64,000 nucleotides of DNA from Eledone cirrhosa (Eukaryota). The notes beneath the pieces are model-generated. The model worked only from the letters and a program-made list of their open reading frames with translations. It made no database searches and was not told the DNA's origin. The stretch lies in assembly GCA_964016885.1 (NCBI GenBank), contig OZ024743.1, forward strand, positions 190,030,001 to 190,094,000, given 5' to 3'. Position numbers and translations under genes: made by a program. Within the stretch, counting starts at the first letter, position 1, and each line of letters starts with the position of its first letter. Positions 1 through 11,697 of this stretch are shown here, piece after piece.

Positions 1-830
1 ATTAAACTCTATCTTTAAGGGAATATCCAATAGAATCTTTAATCTATCTAATGACGAAAACATATGTAGCAAAAACTCACAATATTATAATCAGGCATTA
101 GCTAGATCAGGCCATAATAATGGGATCGAGTTCCTACCCACAAAAACACATAGTTACAACATTATTTCGCACAATATGTCCATGAGGAAAATTAGTAATA
201 AGAATAATAACCACACACACACTAGTACGAAGGGTGGCAATAAACGTAACCCACATCAGGGAGGTCACCAAAATACCATAAACGGAAGCATCTCACCAGA
301 CATAAAAAAACAAAAATAGAAGAAGAAATAATACATTTTTCAATCTAAACGTCTCTACCAACCTACCTAAGGCTTTCCTCTCACTCCTGGAGAAAAACTT
401 CCCATCTGGCCACAAAATTTTGATTTTGATTTTGAATTTGAATTGCTATACAGAAATAATATAGTATAATATACGTCACTCCACTGTACATCAATATATA
501 TATATATATGTATCTGTATGTCTCTTGCGTTGGAAAGGAGGTCAATTATGTGTACAAACATTGAAAAATGCCCCGAAGATTCCAAGCCTAGGTTTGGATG
601 AAACAATTGTAAGTGAATAAATGCTTTGAACATAGCTTTGATTCTTGTGAATTCTATATAACTACTCTGTAGAACAACTGATGTTATTACATTGAGCTAT
701 TTTTCTTACTGGTAATAAGGTAATAATAAATTACTGACCTTCACTGTTTAGGGTTTAAAATATACATAACTATAAAAAGTTTTAGTATATACATAACCAT
801 AAATAGTATCCTTAATATTATTATACATAT
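1..830 (+). mobile_element. Penelope-like element 3' fragment (RT thumb remnant plus pseudo-LTR)
   Basis: Frame 2 from base 2 reads LNSIFKGISNRIFNLSNDENICSKNSQYYNQALARSGH, resembling the PLE RT C-terminal motif (I..I..R...LS.....F......Y..AL..SG). Bases ~490-830 match the reverse complement of ~29565-29870 and carry a hammerhead-like motif. The element ends in (TA)n. Confidence 0.7.
569..615 (+). ncRNA. Degenerate minimal type-I hammerhead ribozyme
   Basis: CCGAAGA (573-579), stem II TCCAA/TTGGA, then GAAAC-AATT-GTA. Stem I is mismatched. Homologous to the better copy at 30912-30965. Confidence 0.5.
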
Positions 831-866
831 ATATATATACATTATTATATATATATAGATATATAT

Positions 867-907
<41 letters not shown>

Positions 908-1014
908 TATACACACATATATATATACATATATATAGACATACATATATGTATACATATATATATATATATATACATACGTACATATATACATATATAT
1001 ATATATACATACAA

Positions 1015-1053
<39 letters not shown>

Positions 1054-1096
1054 TATATATATATATACACACACGTATATATATATACACACACAC

Positions 1097-1161
<65 letters not shown>
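825..1161. repeat. Compound (TA)n/(CA)n microsatellite
   Basis: Directly visible; it generates the YIYI-type ORFs. Confidence 0.97.
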
Positions 1162-1165
<4 letters not shown>

Positions 1166-1472
1166 GTAAATTTGTATTCCAATGTTACTAAGTAGTCGCA
1201 TTGGATGGAGTCAACCGACGTCGGAGATTGCTCAACGTATAATAAAGTGTGTTTTAAAATCCGGAGAAAATATTCAAATAGCGAGGTATAGGTAACCCAT
1301 ACACTATAGAAACAATTGTTACCTAATAAATTCTTTATACCCGCATTTCCGTTTCATAAACTTCTTCTCTCTCTCTCTATATATATATATATAAAAGAAA
1401 AGTATAGAAATATATATATAATAAATCAGGAAAGAAGAGTGACACGGTTTGCTATACAAAAGAGGTTTTTAA

Positions 1473-1593
1473 TCTCATTGCTGACAATTGTTTCTCTGAA
1501 CTGGTAGGTCTAGAGATCGCTATCCGCTTATTTTCACGTTACTCGATCGCCAATACAAAGTTATAACCAGTCAGTTCATCGGAGCTTGTGAGA
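1473..1593 (-). ncRNA. Type-I hammerhead ribozyme motif with extended stem II (sense copy in the PLE)
   Basis: Reverse complement of 3080-3200: GCT-CCGATGA-long stem II-GAAAC-AATT-GTC-AGC. Confidence 0.7.
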
Positions 1594-2375
1594 ATGAAAA
1601 GAATATACAGGCATGGCTACTATATGTAGTAGTAATGGTATTCAGTCAGAACAATAACAACAATATCAACAATGCTAGCAATAAATTATTTGAAATAATC
1701 ACAACATCAATCTAGGTGGGAAGTATAGTATATCTACGATTTTAGAGTGTAAAACTAGCTGACATGAGGCAGATGTATAAAATTGACATGTAAAAACTGT
1801 CGTGAGGTGTATTATATCTAGTGTAAAGATAAGCTGGTGTCTTTAAACAATGTAGGTCAGGTGGCCGTAAGAGTCGGTTATTATCTGACAGACGAAGGAT
1901 TTATCCCTGTAGTGAGATTTGTCTGGTCTATAATAGATGAGAGGATTGTCTAGCTTTCTCATCATCAATAACATACATGTATAAGACAACATTAACAAAG
2001 TAGCAAAATAATGTGCAAGTTAATACAGAGGTTAAGGAGGCATATATATATATATACACACATGCACACAAACATATATATATATATACACATACACATA
2101 TATACATACATATAAAGAGAAAACATGCTGACTATAATTATAGCAGGAGGAAGGTAAAGTTCTGTTGTAGTAGTATTTTGAAATGTTCTGGGATTTAGGA
2201 TCAAGTGCTGACAGCAGCTGAGAAGAGATATGCTTATAGGTTGATGAGGTACTTACAGACATTAGTGTGGTATAGAACTAAGAAGGCTAGAATGTACTTA
2301 ATGATTATATTTCTGTGGTGGTTCGTGCAGTGTAGTGGGTATCCTAAGTTGAAAGCTATGTTACGTCGGTTCGAT

Positions 2376-2745
2376 TCACGGAGGTTTAAATCTTATGAAT
2401 TTAGTGGCGATCCTGTGTCTGCAGAAAATAGATCTTTCTAACTTGTTAAGTATCCTTTTTACATTTCTAAGGATATACAGTAGTTCTAGATCACATAGCC
2501 TACAGTGGGACATACCGGTACTGTAGCTCTTTGCGGCCGACAACCTCGACCAGTTGATACTGTAGTTAGTGTGGTTGTCCTTCAGTTCCCATATTTTTTG
2601 GGCGAGGGTGGTAGAACCCATAAGTGCACGATTTTTCATCGAGTGTCTGTGCACATACCATATTTCATCGAGTGTCTGTGCACATACCATATTTTTTTAA
2701 AAGTACCCGCGGTTGATCCAATGTAATGCCAAGTGGAGTTGTCTC
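2376..2745 (-). pseudogene. Penelope GIY-YIG endonuclease, C-terminal part, frameshifted
   Basis: Minus strand reads WHYIGSTAGTFKKIWYVHRHS...STTLAQKIWELKD...INW...CRLCDLE...LNK...CRH, the typical PLE endonuclease signature. A ~29-bp tandem duplication at ~2634-2693 shifts the frame. Confidence 0.88.
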
Positions 2746-3079
2746 ATCTAATATAGACCACACATCTCACTACAGTGATAAATCCTTCGTCTGTCAGATA
2801 ATAACCGACTCTTACGGCCATCTGACCTACATTGTTTAAAGACACCAGCTTATCTTTAGACTAGATATAATACACCCCACGACAGTTTTTACATGTCAAT
2901 TTTATACATCTGCCTCATGTCAGCTAGTTTTACACTCTAAAATCGTAGATATACTATACTTCCCACCTAGATTGATGTTGTGATTATTTCAAATAATTTA
3001 TTGCTAGCATTGTTGATATTGTTCTGACTGAATGCCATTACTTCTACATATAGTAGCCATGCCTGTATATTCTTTTCAT

Positions 3080-3200
3080 TCTCACAAGCTCCGATGAACT
3101 GACTGGTTATAACTTTGTATTGGCGATCGAGTAACGTGAAAATAAGCGGATAGCGATCTCTAGACCTACCAGTTCAGAGAAACAATTGTCAGCAATGAGA
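3080..3200 (+). ncRNA. Type-I hammerhead ribozyme motif with extended stem II (inverted pLTR copy)
   Basis: Stem I TCTCA..GCT / AGC..TGAGA; core CCGATGA 3091-3097; stem II CTGA-CTGGT / ACCAG-TTCAG closing ~60 nt; GAAAC 3179-3183; palindromic ACAATTGT; GTC site 3188-3190. Confidence 0.7.
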
Positions 3201-3630
3201 TTAAAAACCTCTTTTGTATAGCAAACCGCGTCTCTCTTCTTTCCTGATTTATTATTACTCCAAGTGTTTACAACATAGGAATTATAGCGTACTCGCAGCA
3301 TCACTATGGAAACGCCTTGGATAGATACAATATAGACACAAACACGTATATATAGTCTAACAAAGTTCTTTCGTTGCATATCTGCAACATCGTCAGTAGT
3401 GCTATTATGTTTCCTCCCGTTGTATTGTATGCCTACGCTATCTTTATTTAGTCTGTTTATTTATTTATTTATTTTTTGTCTTCTCTGCGCATGCGTTTGC
3501 GTGTGTATATGGTGTTTTATGTGTGTTCGTGTTTGGGTGACTGTGTATTGGTTATTGTATTCTATCTTAGTTTACTAGTGTGTGTTTATATGTGTTTGTT
3601 GTTATTGTGCATGTGTATGTATTTATTTAT

Positions 3631-4926
3631 TGGATATTTCAAAAAACGTTGCAAACGGAGGAAGACAGGAAGACGATACTTTGGTTCATGGAAACGTTCG
3701 CTGGCTAAGAACGGGAAAAAACGAATATAATACGTCATTAATAGGAGCGGTGAAAAACAATTACGCGCAAAGACAGAACCACGTTTATGGTATAATAGAG
3801 GTCGTAGACTAATGTTCTCTTAGGTGGTGCATAGAGACGTTCTCTGGCGATGAACGAAAAAACGAAGATAATACGTCATATGTGGAGCGTGGAGAACAAT
3901 AGCACGCAAAGACAAAACCACGTAAATGGTATAGCAGAAGTCGTAGACTAAATTCTAACTAGGAGACCGAATGAATCTCCACTACGGAGTTAAGAACAAA
4001 GTAAATAATGCGGGAGCTAAGTATATGTTTTGTTTATACCTTTACTTATTTGCATAGGTAAGTATATATTATCTGTATGTTTTGTGAAGGTACGTATACC
4101 TTCTCGTACGTATATTTGATTGTTATGGCGTATAATTTTTTTATATATTCTGGTACATATGGTTCGGCTATGTGTATACAGGAGTTTTGCGTCTGTGTGA
4201 GTATGCAGGTTCGTACGTATGTAGGGCGTGTGTATATGTGTACTTCATGTTTTGGTTGACTTACGTCTCCGAACATTCGTGTATTTACATGTAGGTATGT
4301 GTGTGCGCTTGTTATATACGTATTTATTTATTTATATACGTTTATATAATTATTTATTTATTTGTATACACGCTTACACACACACATATATTTATATGTG
4401 CGTGGTTTTGTTTACCTATGGTAAGTTTTTGCGTATGCTTGTGTATGTACGTTTCTGTTTGCGTGTATGTATTTATTTATTTCTATTACTTATGTATTGT
4501 ATTTATTTACTTTGTTCTTAACTCCGTAGCGGAGATTCATTCGGTCTCCTAGTTAGAATTTAGTCTACGACCTCTATTATACCATAAACGTGGTTCTGTC
4601 TTTGCGCGTAATTGTTTTTCACCGCTCCTATTAATGACGTATTATATTCTTTTTTTCCCGTTCTTAGCCAGCGAACGTTTCCACGAACCAAAGTATCGTC
4701 TTCCTGTCTTCCTCCGGTTGCAACGTTTTTTGAAATATCCAGTTCTGCGTTTACAGATTGACTTTGTTAGTTTCAGAAGATCCCGTTAAGGGTGAAAGCA
4801 GCGATTCTTTGCTTAAACTTTAATCTGTTATTTTAATAAATATTTGCTCTACGGTTCTTATATATTTGATATATATTTATCCTTATCGAGCCCTCTTTGG
4901 ATTTTAGTCTTCAAATGTATTATTAT

Positions 4927-4930
<4 letters not shown>
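3631..4930. mobile_element. Non-coding interspersed repeat with internal inversions (probably PLE-derived), copy 1
   Basis: ~3631-3812 is inverted against ~4560-4741, and ~3940-4010 against ~4500-4570. It has a diverged ~143-bp tandem unit and ends in (TA)n. Homologous to 53577-54870 and 13553-13740. Confidence 0.75.

Positions 4931-5004
<74 letters not shown>
4930..5004. repeat. (TA)n microsatellite
   Basis: Directly visible. Confidence 0.97.
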
Positions 5005-5013
<9 letters not shown>

Positions 5014-5307
5014 TATATCCACGGTAAGTTGTGAGGTCTATTCTGTATGAAGAACTCAATGTAATCCATCTGTTGAAAATGTTGTAGGTTAAAATAAATT
5101 CCGGAAAACAATAAAACATTAACATTAAAACGGTCATGATATAAGTTAAAACAATGAAATAAAAAATCAAGTCATTAGAGATATACTTCACTGCTTTACG
5201 ATCGTTTCTAGGTAATGATAATACATTGTAGCTATATTTCGTTATTGATCTATGTAAGGTTAGTTACAAAATAACAGATAAAGAGAATATTTACTTACAA
5301 GCATATC

Positions 5308-5351
5308 ACCAGCTGTTTTCAAAAGCAATATTGCTTTTGAAAACAGCTGGT
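5308..5351. repeat. Perfect 44-bp palindrome
   Basis: ACCAGCTGTTTTCAAAAGCAAT|ATTGCTTTTGAAAACAGCTGGT, extendable to 5301-5358 with one mismatch. Confidence 0.95.
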
Positions 5352-7010
5352 CATATGCATGTTATACTATATTATACTATATTGATACACACAACATTAT
5401 TGTTAACTTTGATCAACACCATCATTTCTTTATCTCCTTATTTCTATCTATAATTTAGTACAATACCTAATCCTTACATATTTATGGAATTTATTTAACT
5501 GTGTTTGTTAATACATTTGTGATCTTTTTAATTTTAGTTTAATACCCAATCCATACATTTTTATGAAACTTATCTATAACTCTAAATTTTTAATGAGTTT
5601 TTGATCTATTATTTATAGTATAATATAGCATAGAAATAATTATATTAAGCAGTTGGGGGTGTTACGTGGGGTTCAGAAATAGTTTTCAGGGAAGGGTGAA
5701 GGTTCTGGTTTGATTATTTTAAACTTGCTTTTTGATTAAATTCTTCAATCTTATATGAAGAATTATAATCGTTTAATTGTCTTATTTGGTTGCATGCCTA
5801 TATGTGTATATTTGCAGGGGGTGGGGGGGATTTGTAGATACATGAGTGTGTGTATATGCAGATGTGTTTATAAATAAGGTAGGTGAGTTAGAAAATTTGT
5901 TTTAGTAGTATCTTGGCAAAATATCAGGTTTTATGTGGGATGGAATAATGGCAAATTCCATAGGGCTTTAATATACGCTGGGGAATGTGTGTTCAGAGAC
6001 TTGGGGGGAAAGTAATTAAGGAAAATGTAATTCAAAAGATGCAAAGTATAATAGAAAACAAAATTGAAGTATATTTAGTAGCAAGGTCAATTGAGGACAG
6101 CGAGCTATAGATTTTAAGATGAGTTCACGTTTCAAAGTTCAAATGTGTTGGATAAAAGGCAAGGCTTGTATAGTGTGTTAGTGTATAGATGACTGTCGGT
6201 TTGTGCATGTATTATTGAGTTGAGACTGTTTGGAATGCATTTGGTCTTGGTTGTTGAGATATGTTTAGGAATAAAAAGAAACATTTATTTTGAAATATAT
6301 ATTTTCAAAAAGAAGTTAATTATTGTTAGATAACTGTAGAATATAAAACCAGGATATGAATCTCAGAGTTGATAAGTAAAGAGTGATACATGATAGGTGG
6401 ATAAGATGAATAAAATAGAAATGTTATGGTAAAATGAGGGAAAGAATTTTGAAAGAACTTGTATATGTGTATGTATTATGGGAGGAAGTAGGCAAGAATA
6501 TATGTGCATATATGTATAAATATAAGTGTTAACAATCAAAACAGATTCACAAACTACAGAGCACATATAATTACACAAATGTAAATGGATACATGCAAGG
6601 TAAATATTTAAACATAAATATATTTATACAGAAAACATAAACAAGTATAAACATAAAAGTGGGGATGGGTGTAGGTGGAATAGGTGCACCTTACAGTGTT
6701 TATATTGAGTTTGTCTCTACATAAAAAAAACAGCTGTATACTACTACATTTGCAAAGAACCATGCACCCAAACCTATGAGTGCCGGATGTGCTCATGCAT
6801 TTATTTACAGATGTATTGGCATAGGAGTATGTGAGTACAAACATATATGAAAGGTGAGGCATGCTTACATAATGATGCATAAATCTTTATTTCTATAGTG
6901 ACATGTTAGCATAAAGTGGTACAAATGAAATCATTTTCAATAAATACACATACAGCTATATATGCATAAATGATCACATATTTTGATATATTGGATTGGC
7001 TAACTTACAT

Positions 7011-7290
7011 GGAGGCACAGGATCTAGTGGTGAGGGTGTTGGACTTACAATCAAAATGACATGAGTTCAATTCCTGAACTGGTTTGGATTGTGTTCTTGA
7101 GCAAAACTCATCATTTCACATTGCTTGAATATACTCAACTGAAAATGAGTACCAGCAATAGTTAGCGATTTAACCATGAACTAACATCATATCCAGGTGG
7201 GGGTCTTATACACTCAGTCACTTAATGCCATGTAAACTGGTTAGTACCAGCCTGTAAACCTCCTGGCTCGAGATAGGCTTTGGACTTTAA
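7011..7290 (+). mobile_element. Degenerate tRNA-derived SINE (family B-like)
   Basis: A-box-like GGATCTAGTGG and B-box GAGTTCAATTCC, followed by GTGTTCTTGAGCAAAAC similar to the body of 24133-24360. Confidence 0.65.
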
Positions 7291-7339
7291 TTTACATGGG
7301 TGTTGTGTGTGTGATTGTGGTGAGGTGGTGATTTCTATG

Positions 7340-7772
7340 CTTGCAAAATTATAATAAATATGTATTTAATGTATTTAACTTGTTCTCGTGTCAATCAAAC
7401 AAAAGGAGCAGGATTTGAAGCCTGGGGAGTAAGTTTCACTTTATTTAAGATGCTTCAGTTAATGAAGTATAAGTACTGGATTATTTTAAATGTCAGTTAT
7501 AGTTAGCCAGTCCGTGTCAAATTTCCCATTGAATTTTCTTGTCTCTAAATGTTAGGTAATGTTTGATCACCTTAGAGATTAAACCAATGAATTATTTTAG
7601 AAGTGCATGTTGTGTATGTCTCTGTAGGAACATTTGATGTTGAATTGCAAGTTAATGGACCTAGTGTTGTGGATTATGTGGTGTGGGCCTAGTTTGTTCA
7701 GTTGAAGTAGGATTAAGATTGGGGGATATTTGGAGTTGTTGAGTAGGAAACCTTTATAGATTTGTTGTTTAT
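7340..7772 (-). pseudogene. Highly decayed LINE RT fragment interrupted by the Gypsy insertion
   Basis: Minus-strand translation ILILLQLNKLGPHHIIHNTRSINL weakly resembles the LINE RT motif ILIPKP.K.....YRPISL. It is contiguous across the TSD with 11967-13330. Confidence 0.3.
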
Positions 7773-8042
7773 TGTGGTTAGAAAAAGCTATCTCATTTAC
7801 CGCTTTTCATAGGCGCCACTAAATCCCATGGCTGGTTTCTCCTCTTCCACATGCGTCCAACTCGTTAATACCCGGTAGCTGCCAAACTCGCGTGCACCAC
7901 GTTTCTGATCACCACTAGAGAGAGACCGATCTGCTGGCCCTTCCGGTCGAGCACCCTTCCGGCCATGCACCCTTCCGGTCAAGCACTCTTCTGGTCGAGC
8001 ACTCCCCAGCTTCTGGCCACCGCACACCACACCATATCCACA
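7773..8042 (-). repeat. 3' LTR
   Basis: TGTGGTTAG...ATCCACA; contains about four copies of a 16-bp unit CCCTTCCGGTCGAGCA. Confidence 0.95.
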
Positions 8043-8051
8043 CTCTCCCCT
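8043..8051 (-). promoter_or_regulatory. Polypurine tract
   Basis: AGGGGAGAG on the minus strand, immediately before the 3' LTR. Confidence 0.85.
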
Positions 8052-8055
8052 GATC

Positions 8056-10810
8056 TCAAGGATCAATTTCCCCCTCGTCCTTCTGCATATGAAAGTCTGC
8101 TGTCCAGGTTGGTGGTTTGCGACTTCTTTGCGATCTCCGCAGTGTTGGGGTGGCACTTTGGGTTTCCTCTTCCTCGGAGTCCGTTGACACAGTGATTCTA
8201 CAGACATCCAGGACATGACGTGGTACTTCGTCCACAGACACATTGTTCTGGGAATTTACGGCCGTCACCGTTCCCCTTCCCCATTGAGATGTGCAACGTG
8301 CATCTGGGGGCTTAACCCAGACTTCTTCGCCCACCTGCATGAATGCATTCTCTCTCTCCACTGGCCGTTGTGGTGGCGTGCATGGGTGCCGCCACTCGTA
8401 TCTGAATACTCTCTGTGTGGCACCTATTCCTCAACCTGTCCCACCCGAGGGGACATGTACCAGAATACTGCCTCCATTGGTGAGATGTGGCCCCGCTCCG
8501 CCATTGCCTTGATCGTCCGGTGGTGTCGCTCCACAATTCCATTTCCGCTCGGCCTGTACGCTGCTCTGAAGAAACGGTCCACCTTCCATCCATCGAGCAT
8601 ATCTCTCAGCGCCTCCGAGTGGAACGCTGCGCTGTTGTCTATCAGCAGTTCGTCCACAGGGCCCCGCTCCAAGAACACCTCTCTAAACGTCCGCGTGATT
8701 TCATCGGCCGTTCCAGTCTTCATCTCCCTCCATATCGCCATCCGACCTGGTCTACAGTCGACCATTGAGAGGTACGTTCCCTGTCGGTAGTGCGTTACAT
8801 CCACCGCCAATCGCGATCCACCGGGAGGCTTCCCGTTTCGTGCACACCCGGGGCGGGATCAATGGACTGACATCGGACGCAGCCTCTAACCATCCTTTGA
8901 ACACTGTCTGTTAACGTCCGAGTCGATTCTCCTGGCTAGGACAGGGTCCTATCCACTCCCATGTGGTGCATGTCATGCAGCCCTTTCAGATCCGACTCGG
9001 TCAGCCGACACACGGCAACTATCTCCTCTTCTACCTCCTCCGGCGCTTCCATCCAGGCTTTCTTCACCCTGGTTAAGACGTCCGCCCTATTTTTCTCTGA
9101 GGGCACGAAAACTACGCTCATCCTCAGGTCGAACTCGGTGGCCAGCTCTCCTAAAGTTCCCAGGCGGCGCTTTATCAGCATCTCCGCCACCCCTCTCGTT
9201 CGCACTCTCTTCTCACTGGTGAGCACTGATTTCACTGATCCGAGTACAGTAGCCGAGTCGGTGCGTATCTCGATGGTGCCGAGTCTCCACCTCAGGGTGA
9301 GGTTCACCCCTTTCAACACCGCTTCCAGTTCGGCCACATTGATGTGGTTGCAGTCGTCTTTCTTCCTAAGCCAGGCTGCATCCTCGACCTCAACACCTCC
9401 TATCTCCAACGTGACACCCAGCGCTATACTGCTGGCATCGCACCATACGGTCCCGCTCTGCAATTTGGGAACATACCAGCGTCCCCGCACTGGGTCGTCG
9501 GCCTTCACCCTCTCCACGATCTCCTGCATCATGGCCACCGTCCTCTCCTCCACTCTGTCACCCCTCCCGTTCGTCTATTGACATAGCTGCATGCCGTCCG
9601 GAGCCACCAGCAATTGGGAAGTGACCCACCAACTTTCCACACACCGAGAAAAGCTCCCGCCTACTGATACTTGGGCCCAGTTCTGGAACTTCATCTCCCC
9701 TCTGGAATACCAAGACGCCTGTCCTGTCTCGCCGTAGCCTAAGTCCCAGCGCGGCTCCTCCCTCCTCCCTCCAACGCTTCTGACGGCTTCGCAGCCAGTC
9801 CATACGCCTGTAAATGGCTCGTGACCTCTGCCGCCAACACTACAGACTCGTCCACTAGGATGTCGTCAATGTAGGAATTAGTGGCCCACTTCATCTTGTC
9901 GGCCTTTCCCAGAATGGTTTTGAGGACCGCCGCCATGATCTTCGGTGCGGAGCTCAGCCCGAAACCGAGCCTGGTCAGGCAATATGTCCGACCCTTATAC
10001 CTGACCAGCTGATACTGCCAGAGCTTCTCATCTATATGCAATTGCAAGTATGGTGACTTTAGATCTATGATTGCGGAACCACCCCGTCATGTGTCTCTAT
10101 TCACGCAGGGTTTCCCCACAGACATCCGTGACCTCGCCACCCGTGTGGCATGACACGTTTTTGTTCAGCTCCCGAAAGTCCAGTACCAGCCTCAGCTTGT
10201 TCTTCGTGGGTTGCGCCACCGCCATTAACGGCAATACACCACACTTCACCTCCTCTTTCCAAAGAAGCAGTATGCCCTCATCAATCCATCTCTCTACCTT
10301 TTGCTCGAACTCGTTCCTAATGTCTCCCTTCAATGTGTGTTGATAGCAGCCCACTTTGGTCTTCAGTGTTGGTGGTTCTCCCTTCCAGTACCACTCAACA
10401 ACCCATCGCTGCCCATAGAACACGGCCTTGAAGTCTTTGCCCTGCACAGTGTAAGCGGGGTATTTCTCCTCATGGGCTTTCTGGTTCTCCTGTCGCGTAG
10501 TCACAGCGCATACCGATGCAGCGCCGCCAAACGACACACCGACGTTGTTCACTGTGACGCCTCCTAGACGGTCAATTGCATCCATGCCCATAACCACGCC
10601 GATCCCATCCACCACGTTGTCAACTACGATGGCAGAAAGCCTTATTTTCCTTCTCCGTACCGCCATCTCCACCTCGCTGCGACCTTGGCATTCAATTTTC
10701 CTGCCGTCTCACTGCCCTTACGCTGCTCTTCCTTCTCTACCTCTGCGCCACCCCGAGGTCACCAGTGTCGTCGTACAGCGCGTGTCCGTGAGGGCTCGCT
10801 GTGGCTTTCC
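8056..10810 (-). pseudogene. pol: Gypsy pol (protease, RT, RNase H, integrase), fragmented
   Basis: Protease ALTDTRCTTTLV (~10760-10800, DTG decayed to DTR). RT LVLDFRELN, TRLGFGLSSAP, SYIDDILV. RNase H WCDASS, INVAELEAV, RTDSATV, NRADVLTR. Integrase HDMHHMG, AVDVTHY, LLIDNSAAF, GNGIVERHHRTIK. Confidence 0.93.
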
Positions 10811-11554
10811 CCTCCGAAGACTACCGGCGCAGTAGTTCCCCTTGGATCGTTTCCCTGGTCGCAGTTAGTAGCGATGTGGCCTGGTCGCTTATACCGGTAG
10901 CATATTATTTCCGGCCTTGACTCTCTACAGTCTCTCGCCATGTGCGGGCCCTGGCACCTAAAACAGTGACCTCTAAACGTTCGCGGGCGACCGCGTGCCG
11001 TGGTTGCCTCCCTTTCACTGCCAGCTGTCTTGAGCCTCTGTAGTTGCTATCACCATGACACTCTTCTTGGCATCTTCTGCTGTGATGCGGGCTTGCTCCA
11101 CCAGTGAACGCAACTCCATTTCTTTGTAACCCGGGACTTGCTGCAGTTTCACCGCTATGTTGTCTGGAAATCCATTTATGAACGCCAACCGCACCGTGCG
11201 TTCGCATTCCACCTGATATCCAGCCAACATGGCCAATCGACGTATTTCCGCTGAGATAATTTCAACGCGTTCACCGTTCCATCTAATTCTAGCTAGCTTA
11301 GCAAAAGCGGCTAACGGTCCCCCCGCGAACGCTTCCATCATGCGCCTCTCAATCTTTTGCGCATCCCTTTGGCTGTGTTCATTCAACTCAAGGAAGAGTA
11401 CCAACGCGTCCCCCTCGAGGTACAGTGCCATGAGGCCAGCAACATCTATCTTCTGTAAACTTGCGACCAGCCGGACTTTTCGCAGCCAAGTGACAACATC
11501 GCCTTCACCGGTAAATGCCCTAATCGCTTCGCTCGTTCGTAGTCTCGTCGCCAT
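10759..11554 (-). pseudogene. gag: Gypsy gag with two CCHC knuckles, frameshifted
   Basis: ORF 11015-11554 (FTGEGDVVTWL...LYLEGDA) is capsid-like. Downstream knuckles CFRCQGPHMARDC and CYRYKRPGHIATNC. Confidence 0.85.
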
Positions 11555-11685
11555 ATCCTAATTTGTCTTGCGGTACGCAATAAAAAAACAACAACAGACT
11601 CCTCTCTGTTTTTCCAGTAGCTTTGTTTTTGAGAAAGTTTTTTTTTTTTTTTTTTTTTTTTTTCAATCAGATCTCAGTTTCCAGT

Positions 11686-11697
11686 GCCGAAATAGCT
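11686..11697 (-). promoter_or_regulatory. Atypical putative primer-binding site
   Basis: AGCTATTTCGGC directly follows the 5' LTR. It is complementary to GCCGAAAUAGCU, the first 12 nt of metazoan tRNA-Phe(GAA) as I recall it. No TGG-type PBS is present. Confidence 0.6.

Larger units (their letters stand above)
1419..3255 (-). mobile_element. 5'-truncated Penelope-like element with inverted pseudo-LTR
   Basis: ~1419-1945 and ~2742-3255 are near-identical inverted repeats (~520 bp) enclosing a GIY-YIG endonuclease C-terminus on the minus strand. Each arm carries a hammerhead motif. Confidence 0.88.

Noticed and set aside
741-1191. ORFs rich in YI/CV repeats (also near 4900, 42400, 52600 and 54900)
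   Set aside because: They are translations of (TA)n/(CA)n microsatellites, which lack stop codons.
1288-1326. GAAACAATTGTT hammerhead half
   Set aside because: No CUGANGA-like box or stem II upstream; at most a deleted remnant.
8215-11561. Long plus-strand ORFs within the Gypsy element
   Set aside because: Antisense shadows of gag-pol with no independent motifs.
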